Shown here piece after piece: positions 61,348-64,000 of a stretch of 64,000 nucleotides of DNA. The stretch covers positions 224,001-288,000 of the forward strand of contig CAXXIN010000018.1 of the NCBI GenBank assembly GCA_963665275.2. Reading direction: 5' to 3'. How positions within the stretch are numbered: the first letter of the stretch is position 1; each line of letters opens with the position of its first letter. This DNA comes from Negativicutes bacterium. Its GTDB lineage: Bacteria > Bacillota > Negativicutes > UBA1444. A model generated the notes under the pieces. That model saw nothing but the letters and a program-made list of their open reading frames with translations, did no database searches and was not told the origin of the DNA. The position numbers and the translations under genes are program-made.

Positions 61348-61982
61348 GATATGAAGATCCCTCCTGCTATCATCAACATTCCGGTGTAGAAATAATAAAT
61401 GGACATCACGGCGGCGGCAAGTTTGCCGATAATTTTCAAAGACGGGATGCATTTACAGGCGCCCAGAAGCGGTATCGGCAGAAAAAACAGGGTGGTTCCC
61501 AGGAAAAAAGACAAAAAAAATAATAGGCTGTGCGCTAGAGTAGGGTTTTCACATGCTGCGGCAAAGGCCAACAGAAAAGGCGGGCACAGGTTAAGTCCAG
61601 TCAATAAGCCCATCACAAGAGGTACGAGCGCAGGATGGCGGAGAGCCATATGCGTGAGTCGGGCATGTAGCGATCTGCCAGCGCAGGGGGCGGCGGATTG
61701 CGAGAGTCCATACCAGAAGAGGAGCGAGGCGAGCAGGATGTAAATGAACCCCATGAGCACTTCGCGGCGGTCGGTCAGGGAACTGAGATAGTAGCCGGCC
61801 AGCCAAGCGAACACCGCGAATAGGAGATAGCCCAGCAAACGGCCCAGCAGAAATTGACTCAATGTCGAGGCGGTTTGGCGGATGGATTTTCCCTCTCCGA
61901 GCAGATAGGGAACCAACACAGGGGAACAGTAAGCCAGACAGGTTATGCCGGTGGATAGGCCGAGCAAAAATCCCTGCATCAT
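61344..61982 (-). CDS. DsbD_2/TauE-like membrane protein
   Basis: GLSTGITCLAYCSP, GRLLGY and GLNLCPP conserved Cys pair. Confidence 0.75.
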   Translation of the reverse strand: MMQGFLLGLSTGITCLAYCSPVLVPYLLGEGKSIRQTASTLSQFLLGRLLGYLLFAVFAWLAGYYLSSLTDRREVLMGFIYILLASLLFWYGLSQSAAPCAGRSLHARLTHMALRHPALVPLVMGLLTGLNLCPPFLLAFAAACENPTLAHSLLFFLSFFLGTTLFFLPIPLLGACKCIPSLKIIGKLAAAVMSIYYFYTGMLMIAGGIFIS

Positions 61983-62401
61983 GATGGAACCTTGCGGGCC
62001 GCTTTTTGGGTAAGTGACGATTGTTTGCGTTTCAGCCCGGCATTGAGCTGATGAAAATAGCGAATGTTTAAATACATGGTGAGTAGGGCCAGCGGTTCCA
62101 CAACCGCCAAAGCTGTCAGTTGAGTGGTAAAGTCCAGTGAATAAGAGGTGGCTAGGGTCAGACCGCCGGCAATGAGAAGCATCAGGCAATAGAGAACCCA
62201 GCGGCTACTCTTGATGGCGCGATGCAAGAGCACGACGGAGAATTTGGTGATCGTGCCGATGACGACCCCGGTCAAAGCACCCCGCCACAATAGTGAAAAC
62301 AGTTGGATGTCCATTCCCCGATAATAGGTGATGGCAACGCCGACAAGCATCCCGATACAGGCATATATAAATGTGTTAATGAGAAAAATCAATACAGTCA
62401 T
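61979..62401 (-). CDS. 4-TM membrane protein (LytTR-system partner-like)
   Basis: Four hydrophobic helices and C-terminal LNAGLK; directly after the LytTR gene. Confidence 0.6.
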   Translation of the reverse strand: MTVLIFLINTFIYACIGMLVGVAITYYRGMDIQLFSLLWRGALTGVVIGTITKFSVVLLHRAIKSSRWVLYCLMLLIAGGLTLATSYSLDFTTQLTALAVVEPLALLTMYLNIRYFHQLNAGLKRKQSSLTQKAARKVPS

Positions 62402-62442
62402 CAGGTTCAGTCCTTTCTTTCGCTTGGTCTTGATTTAGGGGG

Positions 62443-62991
62443 TTACAGCTCCAGGAATTCCTTGAAGCCTTTCACGTAGTTTCGCGAGACTTCGATTTCT
62501 TGTCCGCCCTTTAGTTTCAGCAGCAAGCGTGACCCGAACCAGGGCGTGATTTCGGCTACATTCATGATGTTAACAATCAGGGACTTGCTGATTCGGACGA
62601 AGCCCTGCTCAAGCAAAGTGACTTCCAACTCATATATTTTGTTTTTGACCCGCAGTTTGCGTCCGGCTGTCAGGCAATACGCGTAATTGCCCTCGGCTTC
62701 AAAGTAGCTGATATCATCCAACGCAATAATTTCCCAGGTTTCCGAATCGGGTTGCCGGCCGACAATCAGAGTCTTGCCGTTGTCTGGCTTGCGGCCAAGA
62801 GTCGCCAACAAATCGGTCAGCTCTCCTAAGGACTGTGCATCAAAGACAATCGACAGGCCACGCGCGGGAAGCCCAAAGCCTCTTTCCAGCAAAGTCAGTG
62901 CAGCTTCGGGGTTGATTTGTAATCCGTTCGCTTCAAGCAGCGCGGCGATAACCTTTTGGAGCGAATCGGAACAGCGTAAGTTGAGTTGCAT
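62443..62991 (-). CDS. LytTR DNA-binding domain regulator (no receiver domain recognised)
   Basis: ISYFEAEGNY, IYELE...FVRISKSLIVN and VSRNY. Confidence 0.9.
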   Translation of the reverse strand: MQLNLRCSDSLQKVIAALLEANGLQINPEAALTLLERGFGLPARGLSIVFDAQSLGELTDLLATLGRKPDNGKTLIVGRQPDSETWEIIALDDISYFEAEGNYAYCLTAGRKLRVKNKIYELEVTLLEQGFVRISKSLIVNIMNVAEITPWFGSRLLLKLKGGQEIEVSRNYVKGFKEFLEL

Positions 62992-63159
62992 GATCTAAAA
63001 AAACACCGCCCATGGGTTCATTTTCTTTATGGTTTGATTATAGCGGAATCTCAGAAGAAAAAAACAAATGTTGGGTAAGAGGATGAAATTTCATTGTAAC
63101 AGGCTAATTCGAAAGTCATTGTAATAAAATAATCTCGGTACATTGGGAGGTGTTGAGGT

Positions 63160-63430
63160 TTGAATGAAATCAGAGTGAGGTTTGCGCCCAGTCCAACGGG
63201 CTATCTGCATATTGGCGGAGCGGCTCGTTCGTGAAGGAAAAGCCTATTGCTCACCGGAGGAATTGGACCAGGTAAGGGAAGGTCAACGCCAAGCCGGAGA
63301 GGCTTTTCGCTATAATCGAAAATGCAAGGAGATTGCCCCGGAAGTGGCGGATAAGCGAATCGCAGCGGGGGAAAAGGCCGTAGTCCGGCTAAAGATCCCG
63401 GCGACCGGAACCATTACGGTGACGGACTTA
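63160..63430 (+). pseudogene. gltX: glutamyl-tRNA synthetase fragment with internal deletions
   Basis: LNEIRVRFAPSPTGYLHIGGA, then a jump to LVREGKAYCSPEELD...RYNRKC...VVRLKIP, then truncation. Confidence 0.85.
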
Positions 63431-63645
63431 GCCATATTAAATTTGGGGGACATAGCGAATGGTTGGTAAAATAATCATGGATGTGGTGTGCCAGTTCGGT
63501 GCTGTGAATATAGCCGATGGGAATCCGGTTCGACAAGGTATAGCCAAGGATTGTTTTGTTCCAAGCAGGAAACAGACCGCGTAAGGGAGAAGTGCGTAAG
63601 CCTGAGAGCCTATCTTAAATACAATGGTAGTAAAGGAGATTGCAA

Positions 63646-64000
63646 ATGTCACCCTATAATGTGAAGCAAGAAATTCGCACGACTTTCGCAAAACTGATGG
63701 ACATGGAGCAGATCAGAAACGGGATCGCTTTTATCGAAGCGGACCAGCCACGCTGTATAGAAGAGCAAAAAGTTATGGTAACTATTGAGGCCCCTACGTT
63801 TGCTGAAGAAAAAAGAGCGCAGTGCTACGCAGAACGTTTGAAAGATCTGGGACTGGATAATGTCCATATTGATAAGCAAGGAAATGTTATGGGGACGCGC
63901 CCAGGGAAAGGCAATGGCCCCAAAATCCTATTAGAGGCGCATTTGGATACAGTCTTTCCATTTGGTACCGATGTCACGCCAATCGAACGTGATGGGAAGA
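63646..64000 (+). CDS. M20 metallopeptidase (3' partial), paralogue of 55838-57102
   Basis: AAGGAG RBS; EAPTFAEEKRA...DKQGNVMG...EAHLDTVFP. Confidence 0.85.
   Translation, partial: MSPYNVKQEIRTTFAKLMDMEQIRNGIAFIEADQPRCIEEQKVMVTIEAPTFAEEKRAQCYAERLKDLGLDNVHIDKQGNVMGTRPGKGNGPKILLEAHLDTVFPFGTDVTPIERDGK

Noticed and set aside
63480-63615. Possible cobalamin riboswitch (GGTGC...GGGAATCCGGT)
   Set aside because: The complementary CCGG arm, the ACTGT and GCCACTG elements and a proper B12 box are not found.
1-64000. CRISPR array, rRNA, prophage structural genes, reverse transcriptase
   Set aside because: No regularly spaced repeats or recognisable motifs for any of these were seen.

Overview
Chromosomal window from an anaerobic diderm Firmicute, probably Negativicutes/Sporomusaceae-like. 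This is inferred from Firmicute-type genes and promoters together with an outer-membrane beta-barrel gene. The main structure is a ~32.7 kb integrase-less genomic island in tRNA-Val(GAC) (tRNA 5605-5681; 3'-half duplicate at 38304-38345). Its left ~24 kb is a sigma54-controlled catabolic cluster in two parts. The first is a BKACE/3-hydroxyacid dehydrogenase/ketopantoate-reductase-like operon. The second is an MFS, two SDRs, a Zn-ADH, a VOC protein, 4-hydroxybutyrate dehydrogenase, lipBA, an AcoR-like activator and an acetoin-dehydrogenase-like E1a/E1b/E2/E3 complex running directly into abfD-nifU-abfT. I infer an undescribed diol/acyloin-cleaving pathway that feeds the 4-hydroxybutyrate route. 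The right end of the island holds mobile-element debris: an internally deleted dinB cassette interrupted by an omptin-like gene. It also carries an AT-rich 1013-aa HsdR-N-type nuclease-NACHT/STAND protein, a candidate single-gene antiphage system. Downstream are an IS21 remnant, a citE/citF-like operon without citD, MerR/AKR/WYL/nitroreductase genes, MFS/M20 peptidase genes, a LytTR operon and a gltX pseudogene. About ten +1 frameshifts, mostly in homopolymers, are probably sequencing errors. All assignments come from reading motifs by eye; no searches were run.
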